Source: Camelus dromedarius
Taxonomy: Eukaryota
Assembly: GCF_036321535.1 (NCBI RefSeq)
Contig: NC_087473.1
Location: forward strand, 13,206,001 to 13,270,000
DNA length: 64,000 bases
Direction: 5' to 3'
Shown: positions 48,835 through 61,000 of the stretch, in pieces
How the letters are laid out: each line of letters opens with the position of its first letter
How positions within the stretch are numbered: position 1 is the first letter of the stretch
Made by a program: the position numbers and the translations under genes
The notes under the pieces: model-generated
Database searches by the model: none
The model's input: only the letters and a program-made list of their open reading frames with translations
Told to the model about the DNA's origin: nothing

Positions 48835-51800
48835 CCCCGCCACGCCCCACGAGGCCCGTGGGAATTTGCAGCTTGGCTGGAAGGAGGCCCGAGTCGAGTC
48901 GGGCCCAGGCCGCTCGCCCCACCTCCCGACCAATCGGGGAGCGGCCAGTGGGCGTCACCCTGCAAGGCCCCGCCCCCCGGCCGGGAACCCGGCCGGCCGC
49001 CTGGCCTCCGCAGCCCCAGCTTTCAGCCCAGCTCCCTGCCCAGCTTCCAGGGGGCACCTGGGCCGCGCGCTGCCTCCAGGGAGGCCTCCGGCCTTGCATC
49101 TCTCTGGCACTGCCCGGCGGCCCGCTGACACCTCTTCGGTTTCTGTCACCTCCCACCACGTGCCCCCCACCTCCCCACCCCACCCCCAACCCCACCCCCG
49201 ACCACCTGTCACTCCGGTTTCACGCGGCCCCTTCACCCCCTGGGAAATCTGCTAAGCTCCAGAGGGAAAGACAGCCCGGGTACTTTGCTTCCAGCCAGTG
49301 TCTGTCAGAGTTGAACTGCTCTGCTCTAGGGGACAAAAGCCATGCAGCAGCGTGTTCTCTTTGTCTTCGCTCTCTCTCCCTGTCTCCCCCTTGCTGTGAC
49401 TCTCCCGCGTCTCTCTCTGTGTGTCTCTGCGCCTCTCTGCGTGTGGCCGTGCGTGTGTGGGTGGGTGTGCGTGTGAGTGTCTCCGCTTCCGCTCTCTCCC
49501 TCCCTCCCTCGCCCCCTCCCCTCCCGTTCCCGGGATCTCTGTTAGCTCCCACAGACACATAATGGCTTTCAGAAAGCTACCCTGCCCGGAAATAGAAGAC
49601 CTCTCCGCCCGGGCCAGCGGAACCCCACAGTCTGGACGTGGGCGTGTCCACACCATTGCACGACGGCCCTTCCTGTGCTAGAGAGGCCAGGCCGTGCCTT
49701 TCTCCCAGCCAGCAAAGGTGACCGGCATCCGTCGCCGCCGGGATCGCCCGACACTGCGCAAGACGAAGCCCTGGCCAGCCTGTGCAGAGAGAGACAGGCA
49801 GAGGGACGACGCGGTTTGCCGGCACGCTGGACCCACCCCCCCCCCACCCTCCACCCCGCCCCGAACAGTGGTGTTTGGCAGCCCAGACAGTAAGGTGTTT
49901 AGGACGCCACCCGGGTCGGCGGCCACCGCACGGCACGCCTTCAGCGCCGCAGACGGAAGGAAGTGACTTCTGCCCGCAGTGTGAACGCCCTTGGAGGTGG
50001 TTCCGCTCTCGCCCAGCCTCCAGATGAGCACCCGTCCCAGCCTTCGCCTTCACTGCAGCCTTTCTCGCCGACAAAGCCAGTGTGTGCCACTTGCTAATGC
50101 AGCGCTGCTGGTCGGCCTCCCGAACCTTACCAAACAAGCAAGGCAAGGTGTTTCCTGTCGGCCTACTCGGAGGGAGGACAGGACGCGTGTGCCGCCGCCA
50201 AGGAGCTCAAGGTTCAAAGGCGGTTGTCGCTCTGGGGGCGGGGGCGGGGGCGGGGGGCCCTGGTCTTCCGCACGCGGCAAGCAATCTGCCCTATCCTATT
50301 TCCTGCGTCCTTCGCACCTTCCCTGTCTCTCCAGAAAGCACGGGACTTCCCCACTGCCTCTTCTGGCAGCCCGGTGATTCCAGCTGGCCCAGAGTCGACG
50401 TCCGTTTCGAAAGCCTGTCACGTTTTCAGGGTCCGTGCACGCACGCCTGCCTTCGAGCCCCACTCTCAGGCCTCCTCACCAGACACGCACACGCACACGC
50501 ACACGCACGAGCGGAGGCACACCTGCACGCGTGCAGACCTATACGTCTACACGCTGCCCGCCGTCTGTGTTTCCAGGAGAAAGGATTTTTTACCTGCGCC
50601 CCTCTCGCCCCGCTCCCGCAGCCCGTCGTGTGAGTCCTTGTTCTCTCCCCGGATATTGCTGCCTTCCGCCCGCCTGGGTTGGCTTCTCTCCCAGCTGCCT
50701 TTGACTGCCGGACCGCGGGAAGCACACAGGCACGACGTCATTTCCCTTGGTCCTCTCTCACCAAGCGGAGAGGAATCTCAAGCTGTCTGGGGCCTAGCCG
50801 TCTTGGAGCTCACCTGTCCCTTCCTGCCGATGTCCCGGGCGCTCCAGTGCCCCCAGTGAGCTTCCCAGCGAGATGCTCGTGCCCTCCTTTGCTCTGCACG
50901 AGCACGTGTCTGCCCTGAACTGCCTTCTTGTTGCCTCTCACACGGCCTTCGGAGGCCCCTGGCAGCCAGGGCTCTTTGCAAGAGCTGTCTTCCTGTAGCA
51001 CAAGAGGGCCAAGTGTAAGCTGTCTTGCCGAAGCGTCCCACACAAGGTCCTTAAGAATGTGGGGATCACCGCCTGTCTGAAGGAAGAAGCCAGTGAAGCC
51101 GAGCAGGGAAGGGTCAGGTGGCCGCCCTTCCCGTCCTGCCGTCTGCCGCAGAGCCTGCCGCGACACACACGGGCAGGCGCGCACTCACTCACAGACACGC
51201 ACGCTCGCACGCACACTCACGCGCAGAGCCACCTCGGGAATCTTGCAGGCCCTGGGACCAGAGATCGTGCCTCCCTGGGGCGGAAGGCAGCATGCCTTTT
51301 CGTGTGCCCGGAGCCCTGGCTACCACTCAGGGGCCTCAGGGGCTTTGTAAATGTCAGGGCTACCGTTCGGCCTCTCTGGATCCTTCTCTGCTGGCCACGC
51401 CCACGGCTCAGGTATCCCTCGTGGCCTACACGTCCCTCAGGCCACACGCTCCAGGTCACGGGTGGGCCAGGCCACATCCAAGGGGCCGACTTAAGACGGG
51501 CGGTGACCCGTCGGCGCCCCCTGGCCCAGACCTCTCGCGGGTCGCCTGTGACAAGAGCGGAGGACGGGCCGCAGCATCACAGGCCAGAGACGTGCAAGGC
51601 GCCAGCCGCACACGGACGTGCGTGCATGTGAGGCGTGATGGAGGGCAGGGAGCCGGGGCACCTGACAGGGGGGCTCCCGGCCACAGTCAGACAAACAGAC
51701 ACAGATGCATCCGCGGCAAGAGGGGAGCAAGACGGGCAAGGCCCACCCAGAAACTGCCTTTCCACGCAGGACACCAGCAAGCCCCTGGCCAACGTCCGTA

Positions 51801-54800
51801 CGCCCGACCCGTCCTGCGACAGTGGGAGCCTGCCCGTGCGCACTTCCATCGATGAGGGAGACCAGCGCCGGACATGTCGTCGCGCCTGGGACTGCCCGGG
51901 TGCCCTGGTACCCGCAGGGGCGGCACGGAGGATGTGGGTCCTCCACCGTGGGACAACACCTGAAGGTAAGGGCCCGAGTGAAATGCCCCAGCAGGCATGG
52001 CCAGTTCCCACGTCCGTCTGAGCTTTGTCCGAGCCCCAGGAAGAATCCCACTTAAGCCGCGTCGCGTCCTCCAGGTTGGACCGCAAGGCCCGGCCACGGC
52101 ACCCGAGCCTACGGGGGCCGGCTGCCTGTAAGCCTTCCTCCCCTACCCGTTGCCGGCTCGACACGTTCCCCGCCTCCACTGCAGGGCAGGCCGGACCCGA
52201 CCCCAGCCGTGGCGCCTACGGGCGCTTGGGGCGGCAAAGGTCGAGCGAGCCTTGTGAGAACCCTGCCCAATCATTCCTCGAGTCTCTCCCCTTTGGCAGG
52301 TCCTTCTCAAGAGCCCTGGCCAGGCCTAGAGGCCTGAGGGGCCGCGGCCCTGCGGGGCGCCCACCACGGCCGCCTCAGCCCTCCCTCTGGGCCCCAGCCG
52401 CAGGGTCCCTGCAACGCAGCTGCCCTCGTGCCTTCAGAGCAGGGGAACCTAGGCACTGACCTGGGGAAGGGGCGAGGACAGCAGCAGCCCGAGCGGGACA
52501 AGAGGGGACCTCTGCCACCCTACGATTGTACACGGAGGCTCTCCGGCCTTCGGGTCCCCAAACCCGACAGGCCGCAGCTGGTAGCGGACAGCCGGTGCCG
52601 CTGGGAGGCCAGGGAGGGCTGGGATCCATGAACCTCCCACCGCAACCCTCCACGACCGTGAAACGTTCTGCTGGGGCAGTCGGTCAAGCACACCCCCAAA
52701 GTGCGGCAAAGCAGGGGCGCTGTGGGGTGTCGTCGGGGACAGAGATGCTCACCACGTGGCCAAACTGCAAGGGACCGGGAGGGAGAGAGGGGGCACGCAC
52801 CGCGCTCTCCCAGGCCCGGCTGTCCCACAGACGGTGCCTAGCTTTGTGCGGGGACCTCAGGTGTCTCCGGAAAGCGGCTGTCCCCTCGGGAAGGACCCCG
52901 CCGGGTGCTGGCCACCGACTGCCCTCCCCATCCCGTCTCGTCCCGCCCCCCACCCCAGACCTGCCCACTCGCCACCCCCCCAACACACACAGCCCCCCAC
53001 CGCCTGCCGCCATCCCTCCCACAGGCCCCTTGCCCAAGATCTGTCTGCACCAGGACTGTCCCCTTCCGGTGGCCTGATGCCCAGGCAGCTCGGGGCTGTG
53101 TGTTGGAGGGATGTGTGGCTGGCAGTTCCCTGACCAGGACAGAGCCGCAGGGACTGTGTCCCGAGGAGAAGCGTGAGTTACTCTGAACGTTCGGGCCCCT
53201 TAGCTAGCCAGCGCAGACTCGGGTAGAAGCTTTCGGCCTACGTGTCACACAGCCTGAAGAGCGGCACAGCCCGCCACGGCGCAACGCCGGCGTGGGAGAG
53301 AGGGGAGGCGGCACACTGCCGGTCTGGGGCGGCGCGGGCCCTGCGGCCCCGCCCCCTGACCTTCGCCCCTCGGACTGTTGCGCCCCACGAGGAGACCCCA
53401 GGGAAAGGAAGGCGCTCACGCCCCGGGAGGCCTTTCCAGCAGGGGGAAGGGGCTCCTGTCTGCCACTTCCTCTCCTCCCCAAGACCCCGGAGCCTGAAAG
53501 CCAGCAATCTCGCTGCTGCCCCAGCCCCCGGAGGCGCCGGTCTTTTCCGCTCCCGCCCAGCCCCCGCCCGCAAACAGCCCGGCACCCTTGCCCGCCTGCT
53601 CCCCTGCTCCCTCACCCGCACAGCCTCACGTGCCGGCACGGGGCCACAGCCGCAGCTCACGCCCGCCTTTCCCTCACACTTGCTTGGACCCCTGCACCGC
53701 CCCACCCAGCCAGGGCTGAGCGGGGTCATGCCCGGAAGGATTCCACACTCACAGCCTGCCTCCTGGGGCGCCTGGGGGTGAACAGGGACCCTCGGCTTAA
53801 GAAGTCGCCCGTCTGGCGTGGGGCCGACGGCTGGCGCACACCCCAGACGGAGGGGGCTGAGTGAGGCTCCGCGAGCAGAGTGAACACTGAACCCAAGCCA
53901 CAGCGGGCCACGAGGCCCCTACCCGCCAGCACCGGTCCCCGTCTCCTTCCCCGGCCCACACAACAGGTCCCCAGCGCACCAGCCTGTCTCTTTCGTTGCT
54001 TCCTGCTCCGAGACCCTGCCCTGTTCGGAGGCAACCTGGCCTCCCCGGAGCAGCAGCCGAGTCCTGCCCTTCCCACGTCCTCCACTTCCTCAGGACCGCC
54101 TCTCTGCCACACACGGGCAGCCGGTTCAAAAGCCCCACCGGACTGGGCCGGAACATCGCCAATCGGCGACCCGCGAACAATCACACAGGACGGGAGCAAG
54201 ACAGGAGCACTCGTTAGCTTGTTGATGTCTCTCTCGGCCTCATTCCGGGTACGTGCTGCCCACCCTCTGCAACCTCCACTGGCGATCCTTTCCTCGTTCC
54301 TCTCCGTTGCCCCAGACCCCGGCCGCCGGCCTCCCGCGTCTGCACGCGCCTCCGGGCTCTCCTTCTACTCGGCCGAACTCGCCTGCTCCGTCGCCTTCAC
54401 CGCCAGCTCTGCAGGACCACCGACGCGTGAGAAAGCCTGCTCGCGGGCACGCGTGCACAGAACGACACGGACACGCTCGGGAACAACACAAGGCGTAGCT
54501 GAAGCGGCCTGTGTCCAACAGACAACCGGAGAGATGGCGCACAACAGGCAGCACGCCCCGCCCTTTCTCCCCGGCGCCTCCCCGCTGGCCACCAGCCAGC
54601 CTGCGGCCCTTTCCAGGGCCGTCCGGGTGGAGCCAGGTCGCTAAGGGATGCGCCTGGACATTCAGGGAAGACTGGGAGAACCAGCCCAGGAGAGGGACGG
54701 GACGCGACCCGGGAGCCCACCTCCTCAGCGTCTGGAGGCCTTGGCCATGCGGCCGGGGGCGGACGGAGGGGCCCAGCTGATCCCAAACGCGGAGGCAGTC

Positions 54801-55105
54801 GGACGAGGCCCCAGGGAGGGCCGAAGCCAGGAAGTGCCGACGCACATGAGGGTGCCTGAGGCGGCCCGCTCCTTTCTCGGACACCCCTGGGACGTTCACC
54901 GAAAGCTGAAAGCTTCGGTGCTCTGCGCGTGCGCCTGGGTCCTCCGGGCCCCTGGCTCACCCTCGCGCCCGCTCCCTGGGCGGCCTGGGGTCGCCCCGCT
55001 CCCAGGCTTCTCTCAGCCTGCCTCTCCCCGATTGGGAAAGGGTCCGGGAAACACTCTTCACCAACACCCCCAGCCCCCCGGGCTCCTCAGGGACGTGTCC
55101 CCCTC

Positions 55106-57138
55106 TCAGTTACCTCTCCCGGCGCCTTGCTCCCTCGGGTAGCAGCGCAGGGGGTTGGGCCACAGGTCCTCGCCGATGATCTGGCAGAGGGAACGGGCAG
55201 GTCGGGACAGGGCCCACACCCCTTCCCCGAGCAGCTGGCCACCGCCGACGTCGCCATTTCCGACCAGGCTCCGAGGGACCCCCACCTCAGCAATCCCGTT
55301 AGACCCGGGGCACTTGTGGCCTGACAACCAGTTGAGGAAGTGAAGGCTGACGGTGTCCTGCCTGCGGCTGGGGGCTCCCCGTTCGTAATCCCAGAACCAC
55401 TGGACTGGAGTGGAACTATACGCCCTATAGCCTAGAGGAAGAGTGGGGATACGGGGAGGGATCGCCCTGGCCCAGCGTCCAAGGCCTCCGGGGCACACCC
55501 CGCCCCGCCCCGCCCCGCTCCGCTCCCTTCCCCCATCCCGGGACAGCCCACCTACCTGCGAAGCTAAGGTGATACTCCTTAAGGATCACTTGGTTGCACA
55601 AGTAGGGCTTGCTCCGGAAAAAGAACATCAGTCTGCAGCGGTACTCGGGGCGGCCCAGTTCCTGCGCCTGCCACGCCCAACAGCAGGAGAAGAGTGAACT
55701 CTCGTCCCGGCCACCTGAGCTGGCCTGCCCGGCAGGGATGAACCACTTCCCCTTCCGCTCTCCCGCTGCTCACACCCAGCCCTCGGGGACACCCGGCCCC
55801 CTCCGCCCCGCATCCCCCATCCCCCACCCCCCACCCCCCACCGTGGCCTCCGTCTGCCCGGCCTGACCTCCAGCTGGATCATGTAGCTCCGCACACCTTC
55901 GTCTCGGTCACTGATCAAGGCCGACAGCTGGGGATGATTCACAATCTTCAGTAGGTCAAGGAGCCTTCACGTGTTACGGCTGGAAGAGCCACAGCCAACA
56001 CAGCCAGGCTGGGGCGAAAGGAAGAGACCAGACAGGCGATCTGCCGGGACTCCGGGCGCGCACTGCTGCCCACCCCATCGCCCCACACCTCCGACCTCCT
56101 CGGCCCCTGCCCTGCCGTCTCACACGCACGTGGAGGCGGGGTTCCGGCCTTCCCGTGCATCTTGGGCTGTCCGCACCCCCTCGGGGAGCGCCTGTTCCCT
56201 CGATCGTCCCCGACATTCCAGCTGGCCTGCGTGTGCTGGGTGCAGGCTTGTCACCGCGGGCGGAGTCGGGATGTGCTCTGCCCCCGTGGACCCATGCCTC
56301 CTCTGAGTAGGGGACGCCCCAGGGGTGCTGACAGGAAGCCCCGGGCCTCTGAGCCGCCCTCTGCGGTGAGAGGAGTCTGTCTGTATGGCTAAGTCTGCAG
56401 CTCCGGGGGACTCACAGGGTGCAACGGGGAGGGCACGTGCTTCTGCCTGCACGAGAAGGCCCGGTGGAGGCCGGGCTCGGAGCCCACCCGAGGGCGTGTC
56501 TGGGGTCCCGTAGTCTTGCCCGGGACGGGGGCCTCTTGCAGCTCACACCTGGCCGCGGACGACCTGGGTCCTTGGCACGGACGTGGCGGCAACATATCCA
56601 CAGCCTCTGGCTGACTGGGATGGGTCCTGCACGCCCACCGGTCTCCTGGGATTTCCCCCGGAGACTGCACACTTCCACTCTCTGCTCTGTGGGGAAGGTG
56701 CTGGGGGCTCTGCGCGTGCTTTCCACTGTTGCCGTGTGCCCCATGACCCCAGGAAGGCTTCCCCTGCAGGCCCCACGCCAGAAGGTTCCACCCAAATTTG
56801 GCGCTCCCACGCCTGCACGTTTGGCCTTTGGCCCTCAGCGCCCTCATGCTGTGCCCTTGCAGGCCTCCATGCCTCCACTCTCAGGCCTCTTCCCTTGGCC
56901 TTGGCGCCCGCCTTCCTCGCTTCCTCCTGCCCCTTGTTCCGCCGCTCCCAGTCCTCCTCTTCTTTCTCCTCCTGCTTCCCCTCCCCACCCTGCCCTGCGC
57001 CCCCGCACCCAGACCCCCGGCCCTGGCCCCGGCCCCAGTCCGTTGCCGCCTCCCCTCCTCCTCCCCCTGTCCCAACCTCCTTCTCGCCCTGTTCCCCCTC
57101 CTCGGCCCCCTCCTGCCCTCCAGCAGCAGCCAGCCCCA

Positions 57139-57233
<95 letters not shown>

Positions 57234-57587
57234 GTATACAGGTTTGGCCCAGAAGCCGGGGATGTCCTGGATGATGGCTTTTCTTCGATCCAAACGAGGC
57301 TCCCGCCTCCGTCGGATCCTGCGCTTGAGCCGCAAGTAGGCCCCGCTGGCTTGGGCGTTCACAGCGCTCTGCTCTAACTGAAGGGCCCCCAGCGCCTCCA
57401 GCGGGCTCAGGGAGGTCGGGGGTCCGCTCCCTGGCTCTGCGCGCCCCTGCTTCCGGGGCTTCTCTTCCCGCTCCTTGGCCTGCACCTCCTCCTCCTCCTC
57501 CTCCTCCCGCGGCTCCTGCTCCTCCTGCTCCTCCTCCGCCACCACCTCCTCCATGTCGTCCGCCAGCAGCGCCAACGCCTCCCCCAT
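55106..57587 (-). CDS. TSPY: TSPY-like protein, copy 7. Exons 57587-57240, 55945-55868, 55667-55556, 55431-55286, 55180-55106
   Basis: Same structure and motifs. Upstream in-frame TGA at 57641-57639. Confidence 0.9.
57141..57233. repeat. CAG/CTG repeat, copy 7: (CAG)4 CAA (CAG)5 CAA (CAG)19 CAA; TAG interruption absent (31 triplets)
   Basis: Read directly. Confidence 0.97.
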
Positions 57588-57638
57588 GCCCACAACCTCC
57601 GCCTCTGTCGATGCAGCTGCTGCCGCTGCCGCCGCCGC

Positions 57639-58073
57639 TCACTCCCGCACGGCCTCCACCCTCAGGCTGCTGGCCTCCTCGCACCTGCCACCCGCTAGTG
57701 CCTGCTCTGTTCCCAGCCCTGCCATGGCAGCGGGAGGCCCGCGGGCCCCTGCCTCCTGAAGGCCCCCTCCCACAGCTAAGGCCACCCAGGATTCCTGGGG
57801 AGCCCCGCCTTCCCCGGGCCCCCGCCTCACTGGCCCTGTGGCCCTGGCCCTGAGCTGCGAGCCGCAGCTGCCAATGCCGAGGAACAAGGAGCGGGAGGTG
57901 GAGGCGTAGCACGTGGCCGGAGGAGCCGGCCGAGCGGCCGAGGTCCCCGCGCGCAGGCGCTGGCGCTGGCGCTCCGCGCTTGGGTCTTCCAGGGCTCGCT
58001 GCCGCCCGGACCCGGCGGCCTGCTGTGCGGCCCCCTGGCAGCTGGGGCGCATGGGCATGGCCTCGTACCCCAT
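57639..58073 (-). pseudogene. Stop-severed TSPY N-terminal segment, copy 7 (12-bp in-frame deletion)
   Basis: As copy 1; ORF-track entry 57639..58172. Confidence 0.7.
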
Positions 58074-61000
58074 CCCCGCCACGCCCCACGAGGCCCGTGG
58101 GAATTTGCAGCTTGGCTGGAAGGAGGCCCGAGTCGAGTCGGGCCCAGGCCGCTCGCCCCACCTCCCGACCAATCGGGGAGCGGCCAGTGGGCGTCACCCT
58201 GCAAGGCCCCGCCCCCCGGCCGGGAACCCGGCCGGCCGCCTGGCCTCCGCAGCCCCAGCTTTCAGCCCAGCTCCCTGCCCAGCTTCCAGGGGGCACCTGG
58301 GCCGCGCGCTGCCTCCAGGGAGGCCTCCGGCCTTGCATCTCTCTGGCACTGCCCGGCGGCCCGCTGACACCTCTTCGGTTTCTGTCACCTCCCACCACGT
58401 GCCCCCCACCTCCCCACCCCACCCCCAACCCCACCCCCGACCACCTGTCACTCCGGTTTCACGCGGCCCCTTCACCCCCTGGGAAATCTGCTAAGCTCCA
58501 GAGGGAAAGACAGCCCGGGTACTTTGCTTCCAGCCAGTGTCTGTCAGAGTTGAACTGCTCTGCTCTAGGGGACAAAAGCCATGCAGCAGCGTGTTCTCTT
58601 TGTCTTCGCTCTCTCTCCCTGTCTCCCCCTTGCTGTGACTCTCCCGCGTCTCTCTCTGTGTGTCTCTGCGCCTCTCTGCGTGTGGCCGTGCGTGTGTGGG
58701 TGGGTGTGCGTGTGAGTGTCTCCGCTTCCGCTCTCTCCCTCCCTCCCTCGCCCCCTCCCCTCCCGTTCCCGGGATCTCTGTTAGCTCCCACAGACACATA
58801 ATGGCTTTCAGAAAGCTACCCTGCCCGGAAATAGAAGACCTCTCCGCCCGGGCCAGCGGAACCCCACAGTCTGGACGTGGGCGTGTCCACACCATTGCAC
58901 GAAGGCCCTTCCTGTGCTAGAGAGGCCAGGCCGTGCCTTTCTCCCAGCCAGCAAAGGTGACCGGCATCCGTCGCCGCCGGGATCGCCCGACACTGCGCAA
59001 GACGAAGCCCTGGCCAGCCTGTGCAGAGAGAGACAGGCAGAGGGACGACGCGGTTTGCCGGCACGCTGGACCCACCCCCCCCCCACCCTCCACCCCGCCC
59101 CGAACAGTGGTGTTTGGCAGCCCAGACAGTAAGGTGTTTAGGACGCCACCCGGGTCGGCGGCCACCGCACGGCACGCCTTCAGCGCCGCAGACGGAAGGA
59201 AGTGACTTCTGCCCGCAGTGTGAACGCCCTTGGAGGTGGTTCCGCTCTCGCCCAGCCTCCAGATGAGCACCCGTCCCAGCCTTCGCCTTCACTGCAGCCT
59301 TTCTCGCCGACAAAGCCAGTGTGTGCCACTTGCTAATGCAGCGCTGCTGGTCGGCCTCCCGAACCTTACCAAACAAGCAAGGCAAGGTGTTTCCTGTCGG
59401 CCTACTCGGAGGGAGGACAGGACGCGTGTGCCGCCGCCAAGGAGCTCAAGGTTCAAAGGCGGTTGTCGCTCTGGGGGCGGGGGCGGGGGCGGGGGGCCCT
59501 GGTCTTCCGCACGCGGCAAGCAATCTGCCCTATCCTATTTCCTGCGTCCTTCGCACCTTCCCTGTCTCTCCAGAAAGCACGGGACTTCCCCACTGCCTCT
59601 TCTGGCAGCCCGGTGATTCCAGCTGGCCCAGAGTCGACGTCCGTTTCGAAAGCCTGTCACGTTTTCAGGGTCCGTGCACGCACGCCTGCCTTCGAGCCCC
59701 ACTCTCAGGCCTCCTCACCAGACACGCACACGCACACGCACACGCACGAGCGGAGGCACACCTGCACGCGTGCAGACCTATACGTCTACACGCTGCCCGC
59801 CGTCTGTGTTTCCAGGAGAAAGGATTTTTTACCTGCGCCCCTCTCGCCCCGCTCCCGCAGCCCGTCGTGTGAGTCCTTGTTCTCTCCCCGGATATTGCTG
59901 CCTTCCGCCCGCCTGGGTTGGCTTCTCTCCCAGCTGCCTTTGACTGCCGGACCGCGGGAAGCACACAGGCACGACGTCATTTCCCTTGGTCCTCTCTCAC
60001 CAAGCGGAGAGGAATCTCAAGCTGTCTGGGGCCTAGCCGTCTTGGAGCTCACCTGTCCCTTCCTGCCGATGTCCCGGGCGCTCCAGTGCCCCCAGTGAGC
60101 TTCCCAGCGAGATGCTCGTGCCCTCCTTTGCTCTGCACGAGCACGTGTCTGCCCTGAACTGCCTTCTTGTTGCCTCTCACACGGCCTTCGGAGGCCCCTG
60201 GCAGCCAGGGCTCTTTGCAAGAGCTGTCTTCCTGTAGCACAAGAGGGCCAAGTGTAAGCTGTCTTGCCGAAGCGTCCCACACAAGGTCCTTAAGAATGTG
60301 GGGATCACCGCCTGTCTGAAGGAAGAAGCCAGTGAAGCCGAGCAGGGAAGGGTCAGGTGGCCGCCCTTCCCGTCCTGCCGTCTGCCGCAGAGCCTGCCGC
60401 GACACACACGGGCAGGCGCGCACTCACTCACAGACACGCACGCTCGCACGCACACTCACGCGCAGAGCCACCTCGGGAATCTTGCAGGCCCTGGGACCAG
60501 AGATCGTGCCTCCCTGGGGCGGAAGGCAGCATGCCTTTTCGTGTGCCCGGAGCCCTGGCTACCACTCAGGGGCCTCAGGGGCTTTGTAAATGTCAGGGCT
60601 ACCGTTCGGCCTCTCTGGATCCTTCTCTGCTGGCCACGCCCACGGCTCAGGTATCCCTCGTGGCCTACACGTCCCTCAGGCCACACGCTCCAGGTCACGG
60701 GTGGGCCAGGCCACATCCAAGGGGCCGACTTAAGACGGGCGGTGACCCGTCGGCGCCCCCTGGCCCAGACCTCTCGCGGGTCGCCTGTGACAAGAGCGGA
60801 GGACGGGCCGCAGCATCACAGGCCAGAGACGTGCAAGGCGCCAGCCGCACACGGACGTGCGTGCATGTGAGGCGTGATGGAGGGCAGGGAGCCGGGGCAC
60901 CTGACAGGGGGGCTCCCGGCCACAGTCAGACAAACAGACACAGATGCATCCGCGGCAAGAGGGGAGCAAGACGGGCAAGGCCCACCCAGAAACTGCCTTT

